A stretch of DNA of 64,000 nt from Mytilus trossulus. Taxonomy: Eukaryota. Shown here piece by piece: positions 41,601 through 52,495 of the stretch. The DNA lies in assembly GCF_036588685.1 (NCBI RefSeq), contig NC_086377.1, positions 64,356,001 to 64,420,000 of the forward strand, read 5' to 3'. Made by a program: the position numbers and the translations under genes. How positions within the stretch are numbered: the first letter of the stretch is position 1; each line of letters begins with the position of its first letter. Below the pieces are notes generated by a model, which saw only the letters and a list, made by a program, of their open reading frames with translations, searched no databases and was not told the DNA's origin.

Positions 41601-44600
41601 TTAACAGTACGGAGTTGTAAAGTGTTAGTGGTGATGAGAAAAAAGTAAAATCACAATAATACTGAACTCCGAGGAAAGTTGAAAACGGAAAGTCCGAAAT
41701 CAAATGGCATAATCAAATGATAAAACACATCAAACGAATGGACAACAACTGTCATATTGATGACTTGATAGTTTCTTAGGCAAAGTTGGTCTTAGATGAA
41801 TTTGGCAATTTATTTTAGGTATTTTTTTATATATATAGCTCTTCAACGGTTTCGGTACTTATACATCTTCGGATTTCAAATGTTTGGCTTTGAGCGTTCC
41901 TGATGAAGGTAAATCCAGAAAAGCGCTTCGGACGCAAGAAATTAATATCGTGTTGTTTTCAATATTCTAAATTATATCTTGCCATACACATGACTGTTGG
42001 TGTTGTATACTTGTTCCATATTCTATTGTGCCATACACATGACTGTTGGTGTTGTATACTTGTTCCATATTCTATTGTGCCATACACATCACTGTTGGTG
42101 TTGTATACTTGTTCCATATTCTATTGTGCCATACACATGACTGTTGGTGTTGTATACTTGTTCCATATTCTATTGTGCCATACACATGACTGTTGGTGTT
42201 GTATACTTGTTCCATATTCTATTGTGCCATACACATGACTGTTGGTGTTGTATACTTGTTCCATATTCTATTGTGCCATACACATGACTGTTGGTGTTGT
42301 TTACTTGTTCCATATTCTATTGTGCCATACACATCACTGTTGGTGTTGTTTACTTGTTCCATATTCTATTGTGCCATACAAATGAATTTTGCAGGAATTT
42401 TGTCATACCAATGACGTTTCCAAGAGTTTCAATTTCTATGTTGCAATAAAAACGACTGTTAAAGGAGTTTACACATTCTTTTTTACAGACAAATGACTGT
42501 TGGTGGAGTATACATATTATACTACCTTACATACGAATTACTTTTGCAGGTGTTTCCATATTCTAATTTGCCATTCAAATGAATTGTGTAGGAGTTTTGT
42601 CATACCAATGACGTTTACAAGAGTTTCAATTTCTATGTTGCAATTAAAACGACTGTTAAAGGAGTTTACACATTCTATTTTACAGACAAATGACTGTTGG
42701 TAGAGTATACATATACTACCTTACATACGAATAAAAGGAGTAGGTTCGGTAAGGACCGATTTTGGGTCCTCTGACGAAAGATTTTGACCCCCTTTTAAAC
42801 ACTTAATTGGCAATTTTCATCTGATTCAATTAGTTTTACTTTATGTGAAAGATTTTAACTGATTTAGACATTAAAAACGATCCGAATTAAGCTCAATTAA
42901 TTTTTTTTTCAAAAATGACCGTGGCCGCATCCGTGTTCATCCTCAACCTTTATATATGTTATGTATTATCATCAAATACAACTTACATTTCATTATGTAA
43001 GACAAAGGATGAACACGAATGCGGCCACTTTCGTTTTACACGAAAACCGTCTGAAAATGAACTAAAATGCTATAATTGTGAAGATTTTAGTAATTTAGCA
43101 TGAGTAATTGCGAACCCAATTGAACCTTTCCATTGATTCATCTGATAGTTACCTGTCCATTTAAACTTTTAGCAGTTCTATTGTCCCATCTAACAAATAC
43201 AACAGGTATTGTTCTCTGAATAGTTTATTCACCAGGACCTTTCTTCTGAGAGAAATCTATCACTCATTGATTAATCTACCAGAGTAAAAAGTTTATCTGC
43301 TAAATTGATGGAAATTACATGTTTCACATAAAAAAAAATGCCTGTGATTTTGATTTTATAAAAATATATTGAATATTGTTTTCAATCTGTTCAAAATAAA
43401 TAATAATTTAATCATAAAAAGTTTGTTTTAAAGAAAAAAACTATTGTTCGTATGAAAATTTGCATCTTTTAGTTTTTGTTAAGTCATAAAATACTTTTAA
43501 GAAGGCCTTTATGTATAAACATCAACATTTTTAGGTTTTTTTATCAATTTTTTTTTCGAAATAAGAACAATGTTTATTTTTTATTAGAAATCAACTTTTA
43601 TTAATGTTTGAATAAGTGTTTATATTCAACAGATTGAAAATATAATACATTCAAACTCATATACAGTTTTTTTTATGAATAGTAAACATGCTATTTCCAT
43701 CTAATTTAGCAGATAAACATTTTACTCTGGTAGATTAATCAAGGAGTGATAGATTTCTCTTAGAAGAAATTTAAAGGTCTGAGTGAATAAACTATACAGA
43801 GAACAATACCTGTTGTATTTGTTAGATGGGACAATAGAACTGCCAAAAGTTTAAATGAACAGGTAATTATCAGGTGAATCTATGAAAAGGTTCAATTGGG
43901 TTCGCCATTATGGTGCTAGTATCCTACATATGTGCATTGCATTGTCAAAACCAACCCACATTTATGTAGCAGAAGCATTTTACTGTCCAATGAATAACCA
44001 AACGATTACATTTTATTTTTTTTGTAAAACTGCTATATTTTGGGGCCCAAAAGGGGTCTTACTCAACCTTCTCCTTTGGTCTTACTGGACCTTCTCCTTT
44101 GCAGGAGTTTCCATATTCTATTTTGCCATACACACGACTGTTGGAGCAGTTGACTTTTTCTATTTTATATACAAATACTGTTGACGGAGTTAACATATTC
44201 TATTTTACAGACAAATGACTGCTGTACGAGTATAACTTTATAACTTATTTTACAGAATCGACGTCAATCTACGTTGGACTGTTCTTTGTACAGCTGTTCG
44301 AAATGGTGGTCTTAAGGAATATGAACTTCTAGAAAGAAAGTATAAAGCATCGGATATTTCATCAGAGAAGTCTACACTTCGTTACGCCTTGTCGTGCAGT
44401 AAAGATGTAAACATTATACGAAGGTAATTCATGCATAATCTAAATTAGGTTTTCCTTTGAATTTTGAAGTGCGTTAATTATTTTGATAATATTAATAGAT
44501 ATATGTGGTATGAGTGCTAATGAGACATCTCTCCATCCAAATAACAATTTAAAAAAAAAGTAAACCGTCATAGGTCAATGTACGCCCTTCAACACGGAGC

Positions 44601-47600
44601 TTTGGCTTAAGTATGTTACAAATATTAAATCTTCATTTTGAATTTTCTTTTAATAACTCAAACAGAGATTATTTTTTTTCATCAAAAGATAAAACTGACA
44701 AAACCAACAGCTAAATTCCCATTTGATATAATCGCAAAGTGTTACTTACAAAATAATTTACGTGCCAATTTTAATAAAGAAGATCAATGGAAAATCCTTC
44801 AATAGTTAAATATGAGAAGAATTTAGAATAATTGTTTAAAATGAGCAAATATTAGTTAACCGATGAAAAAGAGCATACATCGATTGAGAAATATAGATTC
44901 TTACACTGCAACAAGTGTATTACGATATTTCTCCACTCGAGACAGTTAAATTTTATTATTTTAAGCGCGAGGCTTGCCGAGCCCTTTAAATAATAAAATT
45001 TTATCTGACGAGAGTGGAGAAAAATCGTAGTACACGAGTTATAGTGTCGGAATCTGTTTCTCTAATGGTTTTTATCGTTCTTTTTCAAAGATTTTCAGAA
45101 AATTGTGCTCTTTATAAGCGACATCATCAGGCAATGTCGCCTTTTTTCATGACGTCACAATAGGAAAATTGAGAAGAAAACAAAACATTTTGACGTCATC
45201 ATCAAATTTCGACTTATCATTTGCCGAAAACAGATTTTTCACTAGTGAGGAGAAATATTTTTCTCACACCGGTCAGAAAATGTGAAAATAGCACAAAAAT
45301 TAGAGAAGTTATTATTCAATATTGTTCAAGGCCAAAAAAAAAGAACAAATCTTATCATCAAACGAAATCTGAAAAAGCTGTAACCTCTCCACTGCGGTAA
45401 ATTGAGTACTTTTAAGACATTTCGTTGCAGTCTATAAAGATAGGTTCAGTCTAAATTCAGACTGTTCAGTTGTTGTTATTAACCTAATAATTTACCTAAT
45501 TGTTTTTATGTAACAAATAAAAATATATTAAAAATGCTATCAAGCAGTACTGAATAGTACCGAATTTACAGTATGAATGTATCAGACAAATCATTGAATC
45601 TTTTCAAAAAGCATACCATGCAGACTTTTTACATTTTGATTAGATCAAAAGGACCGTTAAAGATTAAAATTCTTTGACAAGTGAGAAATATTTAAATAAT
45701 AAAAATACCAAACTCCACGAAAAATTCTATACTGAAAGTTCCAAAGCAAATAGCGAAATCAAAAGCCCTTACACATCAAACGAATGGATAACGACTGCCA
45801 TATTCCTGATTTGGTACATGCTTTTTCTTACGCAGAAGAATGGTGGATTGAACCTGATTTTATAGCTAGCTAAAACTACCACTTGAAACTCGAATAATAG
45901 GATTTATTTATTTTTTTTTCAGAAAAAAAAACATTCGAAAATTATTATCTTTACGTATGAGAAAAATCAAATGGATCCATACTCGAAGTTTCACGAGAGA
46001 ACATTACATTAAATTATTATTTTATACACAGCTACGTCATCTTGCATTTTACTGTAGGTATTTGAAAAACATTTTGCATACTGAGGACGTTCCAAAGGAA
46101 GATGCCGTAAAAGCTGTTCTACATATTTCTACAACAGAAATCGGTCGTCTGCAAGCGTTAGAATTTATCAAGGGAAATTGGGATGTTATTTTTAATAGGT
46201 ATGTACACTTAAGAAAGTAATCAGTGTTTTAGTAGCATGACTTTTAAAAGATACCATTTTTTTTTACACAGGCACAAGACCATTGTTTCTTCTACTTGGT
46301 AAACTTTTCAGGAGTTATTTTCTTTCTTGTATTACAAATCTCATAACTTGTTTTTAAGTAGAATCGAAGTGCATTTCAAAATATTCAACATTGAATAACT
46401 TGTATTCAGTAACTTTATACCGGTTAGTTATGTATTTTTTCAGTATAATATGAAAAATATTTGCTACAGTATGAATGTTTTAATTAGACAATATGTAGAC
46501 ATATGTAGACACCTGTCGGTGCTTACTGAGCAAATACTTTCCTGATGAAATCTTCAGTTTCCCTTGCAATTTGGAAATACTTAGTTTTACACACTTAACT
46601 TATAGAGTCTTAACAAAACGTCTTCCAAGTGCTCCACAAAACCTCTTTCTAAATTATTAACATCCATTTTATCAGCAATCAAAGACGGACTTCAAAGTTA
46701 TTGTGAAACTGCCTATTCTAGAGGTGGCGTGAATCAGATGTGGATACTTAAAAATTCCGAAGATCTTTTAGAGTACATACAATCTAACACTCTTTCATCT
46801 TGTAACAGTATTAAAACATTTGACTTCTCTACTCTTTACACAACTATTCCACATTCCAAACTTAAAGACAAATTAAAAGAGTTGGTATTACTTTGCTTCA
46901 TAAAAAAAGAATGGCCAACGTAGATACAAGTATCTTGTCTTAGGGAGGGATAAATCCTACTTTGTAAAGAATCACTCTGATTCAAACAAAAAATTCTCTG
47001 AAACCGATATTATCAAGATGCTTGATTTCTTGATTGACAACATATTTGTTACGTTCGGAGGACGTGTTTTTCAACAGACTGTCGGCATCCCAATGGGAAA
47101 AAACTGTGCCCCTCTACTTGCTGACTTGTTTCTTTATCATTATGAGGCTGACTTCATGCAGGAACTTCTTAGGAAGAAAGATAAGAAGTTAGCAATATCC
47201 TTTAACTCTACTTTCCGCTATATAGATGACGTTCTTTCACTAAACAATTCAAAATTTGGTGACTATGTGGAACGCATCTATCCCATTGAATTGGAGATAA
47301 AGGATACTACAGATACAGTTAAGTCAGCTTCATATCTTGACTTACATCTAGAAATTGACAATGAGGGTCGGTTGAAGACAAAACTTTACGACAAAAGAGA
47401 TGATTTCAGCTTTCCAATTGTGAACTTTCTAAGTAGCAACATTCCAGCAGCACCTGCATACGGGGTATATATCTCTCAATTGATACGATATTCCCGTGCT
47501 TGCATTTCCTATCATGATTTTCTTGATAGAGGGTTACTGCTCACAAGGAAGCTATTAAATCAAGAGTTCCAAATGGTGAAGTTGAAATCATCCCTACGTA

Positions 47601-49869
47601 AATTTTACGGACGCCATCACGAGTTGGTTGACCGTTATGGAATAACCATTTCACAAATGATATCGGATATGTTCCTTACGTCGTAACTACAATCCCCTTC
47701 CCTTTCATGAATTTGAACTACCGATTTAGACTATTTACCCGATTTGTAATCACATAAGCAACACGACGGGTGCCGCATGTGGAGCAGGATCTGCTTACCC
47801 TTCCGGAGCACCTGAGATCACCCCTAGTTTTTGGTGGGGTTCGTGTTGTTTATTCTTTAGTTTTCTATGTTGTGTCATGTGTACTATTGTTTTTCTGTTT
47901 GTCTTTTTCATTTTTAGCCATGGCGTTGTCAGTTTGTTTTAGATTTATGAGTTTGACTGTCCCTTTGGTATCTTTCGTCCCTCTTTTATAATCTTGCTTT
48001 ATCTTATCCATTCAATTAATACCTTCAAATATACCAAATAATCCGAGCATACACCTTATGATTATGATTTCATTGTAACCATTTGATAGGATAACATTAA
48101 TTGGAAAGAATAGGCTGACTTTACGACACTGGTTAACTTCTACTTCATTTGGTAACCAGTGGATAACTGTCGAATTAGCAGTTAAATAACATATCTAAAT
48201 CTTTGTTTTATAAAAGTATCCTTGCTTCTATTTCAGACTGGTTAAAAGCGCAAAAGAGCAAGAAAAATTATTGTCCGGTATTTACGATATGACGAGGACA
48301 GCCGAGGAAATAAAGAAGGTAACCTTGAATATCATTTATTTTACAATACTTTAAGTTTGTATATAGTTTAGTCATAAACACAATTGTGATGGTTTAATTT
48401 TTTTTCTAATTATTCTTAATCTTTTAATAAATAACTAAAAAGAATGGTGGTACAATTGCGAATAAGACAACTCTTCACAAGAAACCAAGTGACACAGATA
48501 TTATCAACAATACGTAACCAAAATAGTTATATTAAGTTACACATAAGACCTTCAAAAGAACCAAACACTTAACCAATACTTCAACATCATATAAAGCCTT
48601 TTGATAGGGAATACATTCTCAATGGAGAATCAACGAATACAAATGTTTAACGTCTGTTGTTTGAATTGGCATGCGTTCCGACTGCGACCCCTCGCACTCA
48701 CGGCAACACGCTACTATGTCTTGACGCGATATACATGACAAAGTTCGGTTTATTATTTATACATAAACACATATCGACTTTTTTAAAAGTAATGTTCAAT
48801 TAATCATAGATACCACCTTATTTATTGTATATTGTCTGGACATATCGATTTAATGAAAATTCATAAAAAGAATAACAAAAAAGGGTACTGTTTGAATAGA
48901 TTGTTTTTTAGTGATTTTATAGTGTTGTACGGGTTATACTGTTGCATAACTTTAAAATTTGTTCAATGCTATGTAATAACCTATTTTGCAAAATGGTAAG
49001 AACTCTATCATGGATACCAATAACCTCCTTTCAAGTTTAATCTACTAGTGTGTTTACCAACATAATTGTTTTAATGTGTGCCTGGCCTCATTAAAAAAGT
49101 AAAATCACAAAAAAAAAACTGAACTTCATGGAAAATTCAAAAAAGGAAATTCCCTTTTTAATACAAATAGCAAAATCGAAAGCTCAAACACATCAAACAA
49201 ATAGACAACAACTGTCATATTACTGACGTGGTACAGGCATTTTCTTATGTAGAAAATGGTGGATGAACCTGATTTTATAACCAGCAAAACCTCTCACCCG
49301 AATAACAGCCGCTTCAAATTATTATTGAAAATCGTCAGAAAACAATTATTGATTACATTCTATATAATTATGAGGGTCTTGATTCGGGGATGGGGTCCTT
49401 CATTTATGTTTTGTTTTTTACTAATTTAAAAAATACTAAACTTTTTATTATTAAATCATATTCTTTATATGTGAGTTCCTAATGACTCTACTCACTTTTC
49501 TCTCTTTCTTTCAAGTTTTGCCCATTTTTTTAATTCTATAATTCCTATCTTTACTCTGAATTAAAATTCGTAAACGATAAGAATATCAAATTTAGTGTTT
49601 TTGTTGTTCTGTTGAGATGTTTGTTTTCTGTTTTGACATTTTAGGCCTACAATAATTTTGTTCCATACCCATTGGATATATTTTATTCCGGTTACAGGGA
49701 TTGTTTTTTATTCACCTTTATTTTTCAGTTTGCGTACTTGATTAAAGATTCCCCGACGATGATGAAACTAAATCATAAGCCAGGGGTAGAACAATCGAAC
49801 AGCAGATACAAATGGAGCAAAAGGAATTATCATAATATCAAAAAGTGGTTGCTGGACCAAAACATTTGA
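11603..49869 (+). CDS. M1-family zinc metallo-aminopeptidase, aminopeptidase N-like, type II membrane anchor, ~955 aa, 21 coding exons
   Basis: Exons, all GT-AG and phase-consistent: 11603-11753 (signal anchor [23 protein letters not shown]), 15319-15754, 18284-18439 ([18 protein letters not shown]), 19797-19914 ([11 protein letters not shown]), 21147-21267, 22135-22289 (GAMENWG...HELAHM), 25901-26014 (WFGNLVT...WLNEGFA, completing HEXXH-X18-E), 26609-26740 (FDTITYSK, catalytic Tyr), 27904-27969, 29704-29769, 30446-30633, 32486-32586, 33258-33397, 34288-34343, 35345-35492, 40016-40092, 41342-41452, 44256-44423, 46058-46198, 48237-48318, 49729-49869 (stop TGA). Total 2868 nt. Orthology within the M1 family was not determined. 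Confidence 0.95.
11810..12040 (-). mobile_element. Degenerate tRNA-derived SINE (V-SINE-like)
   Basis: Minus strand starts ggtggcgagtggtctgagtagt (A-box-like), has gagttcgta (B-box-like), and later ...acactccggttcctccacc. Related fragments at ~19560-19635 and ~21730-21850. Confidence 0.5.
13482..13941. mobile_element. MITE-like element with internal tandem duplication
   Basis: Terminal ttatcttacc / ggtaagataa. Two internal copies of aagggacgta...actactaaccgtg(c/t)atgaaataagc(t/c)ccgcctc. Confidence 0.55.
15767..15949. mobile_element. Short fold-back MITE immediately after APN exon 2
   Basis: aattcgccgtttcagaatctaatgcatc... is inverted relative to ...gatgctttagattctgaagaggccaatt. Confidence 0.6.
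16130..16445 (-). mobile_element. tRNA-derived SINE with Deu/Nin-like central domain
   Basis: Minus strand has tggtgaagtggttagtgcgttggact (A box), ggttcgattccc (B box), then gtccgtcggaagggggcgacaaa...gcacgttaaagat...gaaaaagagcag, resembling the Deu/Nin domain. Confidence 0.65.
16697..16969. mobile_element. MITE flanked by TTAA (Kolobok/piggyBac-type target)
   Basis: ttaa|ggtggtacc ... ggtaccacc|ttaa. Confidence 0.75.
17041..17955 (-). mobile_element. ~915-bp non-autonomous TIR DNA element, copy 1
   Basis: Termini gggcgtatgacatttgcgccgat / atcggcgcaaatgcaaaacgccg, three subterminal catttgcgccgat repeats per end, 8-bp TSD attttaat on both sides. Confidence 0.9.
18478..19419 (+). mobile_element. 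~940-bp non-autonomous TIR DNA element, copy 2 (inverted relative to copy 1)
   Basis: Same termini and subterminal repeats, 8-bp TSD caataatc on both sides, and collinear with the reverse complement of 17041-17955. Confidence 0.9.
22251..24073 (+). repeat. 55-bp minisatellite, 33 copies plus a partial one; unit is the last 39 nt of APN exon 6 plus 16 nt of intron 6
   Basis: Unit atagttacaagtatagtatctcatgaactggcacatatg|gtaaggaaataaacgt. Copy 1 is the real coding sequence ([13 protein letters not shown]). Confidence 0.97.
24655..24818. repeat. 54-bp tandem repeat, 3 copies
   Basis: tctgacacaaaaccaagcattcctcatacgttttataacagaaaagaaatgata starts at 24655, 24709 and 24763. Confidence 0.85.
27228..27435. 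mobile_element. Tc1/mariner-type MITE
   Basis: ta|ctgtgaattcatt...ttggataccaattttcgtggat ... atccacgaaaattgatacccacgaaaataaatgaatccacag|ta. Confidence 0.75.
28376..28610 (-). mobile_element. Short Helentron/HINE-like element (same family as 34480-34780; partial copy at ~54711-54860)
   Basis: Reverse complement of 34480-34780: tttttatgccc ... ggtagtttttgatgaagttgaagtccaatcaacttgaaacttagt ... acattcttgtt. Confidence 0.65.
29298..29640 (+). mobile_element. Degenerate tRNA-derived SINE (Meta-like core) with (CCAT)n tail
   Basis: Degenerate tRNA-like head, core ccaaggactttataattgtcctttgctgcttcttc...catgcagcattaa, and tail ccatccatccatccatcc. Confidence 0.55.
30926..31643. mobile_element. Fold-back MITE with ~310-bp inverted arms
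   Basis: ttaa|ggtagcacaatacaaagatttt ... aaaatctttgttttgtgctacc|ttat. The arms align over ~310 bp, e.g. ataaatgaggtaccaaaa / ttttggtacctcatttat. Confidence 0.85.
34480..34780 (+). mobile_element. Short Helentron/HINE-like element
   Basis: aacaagaatgtgtcc head, (GACG/GGAC)n microsatellite, 3' hairpin atgcccctctac...gtaggtgggga. Confidence 0.7.
36128..38579 (+). mobile_element. Head-to-tail dimer of a ~1.15-kb Helentron-like non-autonomous element with a triplicated 3' hairpin
   Basis: Copy 1 spans ~36128-37270 and copy 2 ~37278-38426; both start ccaattgttcagagaacaattgaaggtcttt. Three exact 51-bp units follow (38427, 38478, 38529), each containing the hairpin taggtctttccac-agaaaa-gtggaaagaccta. 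Confidence 0.8.
38954..38998 (+). ncRNA. Type I hammerhead ribozyme, apparently intact, in a ~185-bp repeat (38856-39041)
   Basis: Stem I gcgtca/tgacgt, core CTGATGA, stem II gtct/agac with loop tttgc, GAAA, minimal stem III with palindromic cgcgcg, and a GTC cleavage triplet (cut after 38992). Confidence 0.8.
41894..41935 (+). ncRNA. Type I hammerhead ribozyme-like motif, second repeat family
   Basis: Stem I gcgttc/ggacgc, CTGATGA, weak stem II (aggtaaatcca), GAAA, palindromic aagcgctt stem III, and a TTC triplet (cut after 41929). Confidence 0.6.
41981..42385. repeat. 49-bp minisatellite, 8 copies plus a partial one, with diverged units continuing to ~42730 and at ~44098-44255
   Basis: Unit gccatacacatgactgttggtgttgtatacttgttccatattctattgt at 49-bp spacing (41981, 42030, 42079, ...). 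Confidence 0.9.
42737..44097. mobile_element. Non-autonomous TIR element inserted in the diverged minisatellite, with a duplicated right TIR
   Basis: Left end ggagtaggttcggtaaggacc. The right end occurs twice: ggtcttactcaaccttctcc and ggtcttactggaccttctcc. Host repeat sequence resumes after the element. Confidence 0.65.
43107..43908. mobile_element. Fold-back element with long inverted arms and TA TSD, nested in the element above
   Basis: ta|attgcgaacccaattgaaccttt ... aaaggttcaattgggttcgccat|ta. The arms match for >200 bp. Confidence 0.85.
44895..45307. repeat. Interspersed repeat with a ~160-bp hairpin at its left end
   Basis: agattcttacactgcaacaagtgtattacgatatttctccactc...aaattttattatttt is inverted against tttaaataataaaatttt...gagtggagaaaaatcgtagtacacgagttatagtgtcggaatct. 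Confidence 0.6.
46620..47987 (+). mobile_element. 5'-truncated, frameshifted Penelope-like retroelement (RT C-terminal half plus 3' UTR)
   Basis: RT motifs [31 protein letters not shown] and FRYIDDVL, followed by [16 protein letters not shown]...[11 protein letters not shown]. Frameshift in the A-run near 46905. The 3' UTR (47690-47987) recurs at ~59490-59810 and as fragments at ~1540-1745, ~10620-10720 and ~21390-21600 (minus). Assignment to Penelope-like elements is by motif resemblance. Confidence 0.85.
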
Positions 49870-51179
49870 GAGTCCATATCTCTACCGTGTTTCATCAGCC
49901 CTTGAACTAACCTGTTGCGATGATCTGACTTTTAAGTAACAAATAAGTTGTCTGCAGATAAAGTTGGTGCTTTTCTATTAGACAATTGATAAATTGTAAT
50001 ATAATAGTACTGTATTATTTATATATTGAATGAAGATATGTGAAAAGTAGGTTAACAGATGTATTGATATTCATTTGCATTATGTTGATTGGCACAGCTC
50101 ATTTGTAATTGGTGTGACCTGTTTGTGTATTAAAACCCATGATATTAATTATAAATCATAAAAACACTACAGATTTTTTTATTCATTACAACTTTGGCAA
50201 AACTTTTAGGATTTTGGGGTTCTCAATGCTCTTCAAATTGATACTTTCTCTAGCTTTTTATCATTTATTTTATTCGAACGTAACTTATTAGTCTTTAGCG
50301 TTCGATTTTGGCACGTCTATTGACCTCCCTCTTTTCTTTAAAGGACTTTGAAGTTCGGTATTTGTTAATAATTTTTGTACAAACATGAAATAAACGAGTG
50401 AAATCCAATCAGATGTAGCTGGGTATTTTTGCTATTTTAACAAACAAAGCTGTAAGAGTCAACTTGAAGTCAATTATCCTTTGAATTGAAAAATTTTGAT
50501 AGTATTTATCTGGATATAAAGCACACAGCTTCTATAGTAAATTATATATTCGAGGTTTGCGGTTTTTTTATGCCACGAGTATCATACTACTGTACAATTC
50601 TGACTTATTTAGGAAGCCTTACACTAAACCGGAAGTATAAAATTAGCGTAAGAAACGCATGTCTTGTAAACTACATTTTGATTACTTGTACTCATTGTCA
50701 TCAAACCATCTACAATTAGGGCTAACTGTCGGCTTTCAGTGTTATCAACGCAATTGTGCATCTAATTTTATTCAAAAATATTTATTCTACAAATATCCAA
50801 GAATAGATTGCTCTTTTACGCTGTAAGGCGCCTTTTTATGCAAACTCGACTGGTGGATAGTTATCATTGATTGTATCTTAAATAGTCTGTAGTATAAAAA
50901 TATGAATTTGGAAATGATAAAGTTCTCAGAGGGTGATAATTGGCAACGATTATAATAGAGACTTAAGAAACTATCGACACATGCACAATGTCATTATTAT
51001 TGTGTGACAAAAAGCACTGATTAACTGTTAACAGGAGTGTCGTCAGGAATGCTATTGTTTGGCGTTCTTATTTCAGATTTATATACAGTTTACACATGTT
51101 CTCTTATCTGGCTCTATACTATAATATTACTTTGGTTTGGTAGTCAAATTTCTTTATTTCTCTATTTTGTTTTATTGAG

Positions 51180-52495
51180 CTACATAACGCGACACAATTT
51201 CCCTTTTTTGGTCAATTTTTTTTCCATCGCCTTCGACTTTTTTCTCAATTTCTCTAAGTACATACGATGATCATAGAATACTTTATCCATTTTTGAATGC
51301 AATTCATTTTCCTCTCTCTGTAGTTCTTGTTGGAGGGTCATATTTTGACGATTTCCTTGGTCTCTCATTTCTTTCGAAATTTCTTGGAGTCTTTCGTCTA
51401 TTGCTTTCATTTCCTCAACTGCTGTGTTCATTTGATCATAAAAATCAGTGTTTTTCAATGCTAACATTCGCTGATTGTGTTTTGATTTTGTTTCTTTTAC
51501 CAACTCTTGTAAATCTCCCTTCACTGTATCATACGCATCTTCTGCCTCTCTTTTCTCTCTTTCCTTCTCTTTTAGCAGGTTATTGGCTTTAAAAATTTCG
51601 TTATACAGATCTTCAATTTCTTCTGAATTAGGTCCAACTGTGTTTCCAGGAGTACTGCTTTCATCATCGCCTTTTGTTGACATTATGGAATACTTAATTC
51701 TTTTCTTCTGTTCTTCAAGCTTGATTTTTCGCTCTTCTTGTTGATGAAATTCTTCCTGTTTTTGTTTTTTTATTTCTCTATTTATGTCGACTTGTTTTCC
51801 GTACATGTTTTCAATTTGCTCAATTTCCTTTAGTTTTTCCATTTCTATTTGTATCCGTGATTGTCGAGCATTGTCTTTAGCATCTTTAAACAAATTATTT
51901 GAAAAGCACATGTTCTGATTTTGTTTGACGATAGTGTCGATTAAATCCAATAGATTTTTGATCATTTCCGCTCTATTTTCCGCTGCAGCTGTGTTGTCCA
52001 TAGCGAAATAACGTCCATGACATTTTTCTATGTACGTTGTTAATGGTGTACCTGATTCTTTTATATAATCTTCAATAGTATCATTTTGATTCTTCAATTC
52101 GTCCATTCTGGTAAATAAGATAATCGAAAAAGCTTCCATTTCCTGTCCAAATATGGCAAATAACTGGTCTAGGGATTCAATTTCTTCTGGAGTAAATCTT
52201 CCAATCTGCAACACAAGTAAAAATACATGTGGACCTGGAAATGACATATGAACACAACGAATGATACTTTCTTCAATTTCTATTGGAGATAGTTTGGTAT
52301 CAAACAATCCAGGAGTATCAACTACTATAATTTGGCGATCATCAATTTTGATATCACCGCGTTGACACTCTTTGGTAACAGACAGGCCTGCCATCTTCGA
52401 TTTGAAGTTTTTATGTCCAAGGATAGCATTCCCAGTGGCACTCTTACCCGATCCAGTTTTTCCAACCATTACGATTCTAAGTTGTTTGAAGGTGT
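51180..52495 (-). CDS. GIMAP/AIG1-family GTPase terminal exon with coiled coil and polybasic CaaX C-terminus
   Basis: G1 GKTGSGKS, G2 SVTKEC, G3 DTPG, conserved box GPHVFLLVLQIGRFTPEE, G4 TRMD, then a long E/K/Q-rich coiled coil ending ...KKLTKKGKLCRVM-stop. Acceptor ttctacttgtag| lies just before 52495. Confidence 0.95.

Noticed and set aside
41903-42414. Cys/His-rich repetitive ORFs
   Set aside because: They are translations of the 49-bp minisatellite with the frame rotating each unit and no splice support.
51293-51744. Plus-strand hydrophobic ORFs overlapping the GIMAP exon
   Set aside because: They are antisense shadows of the E/K/Q-rich coiled-coil coding sequence.
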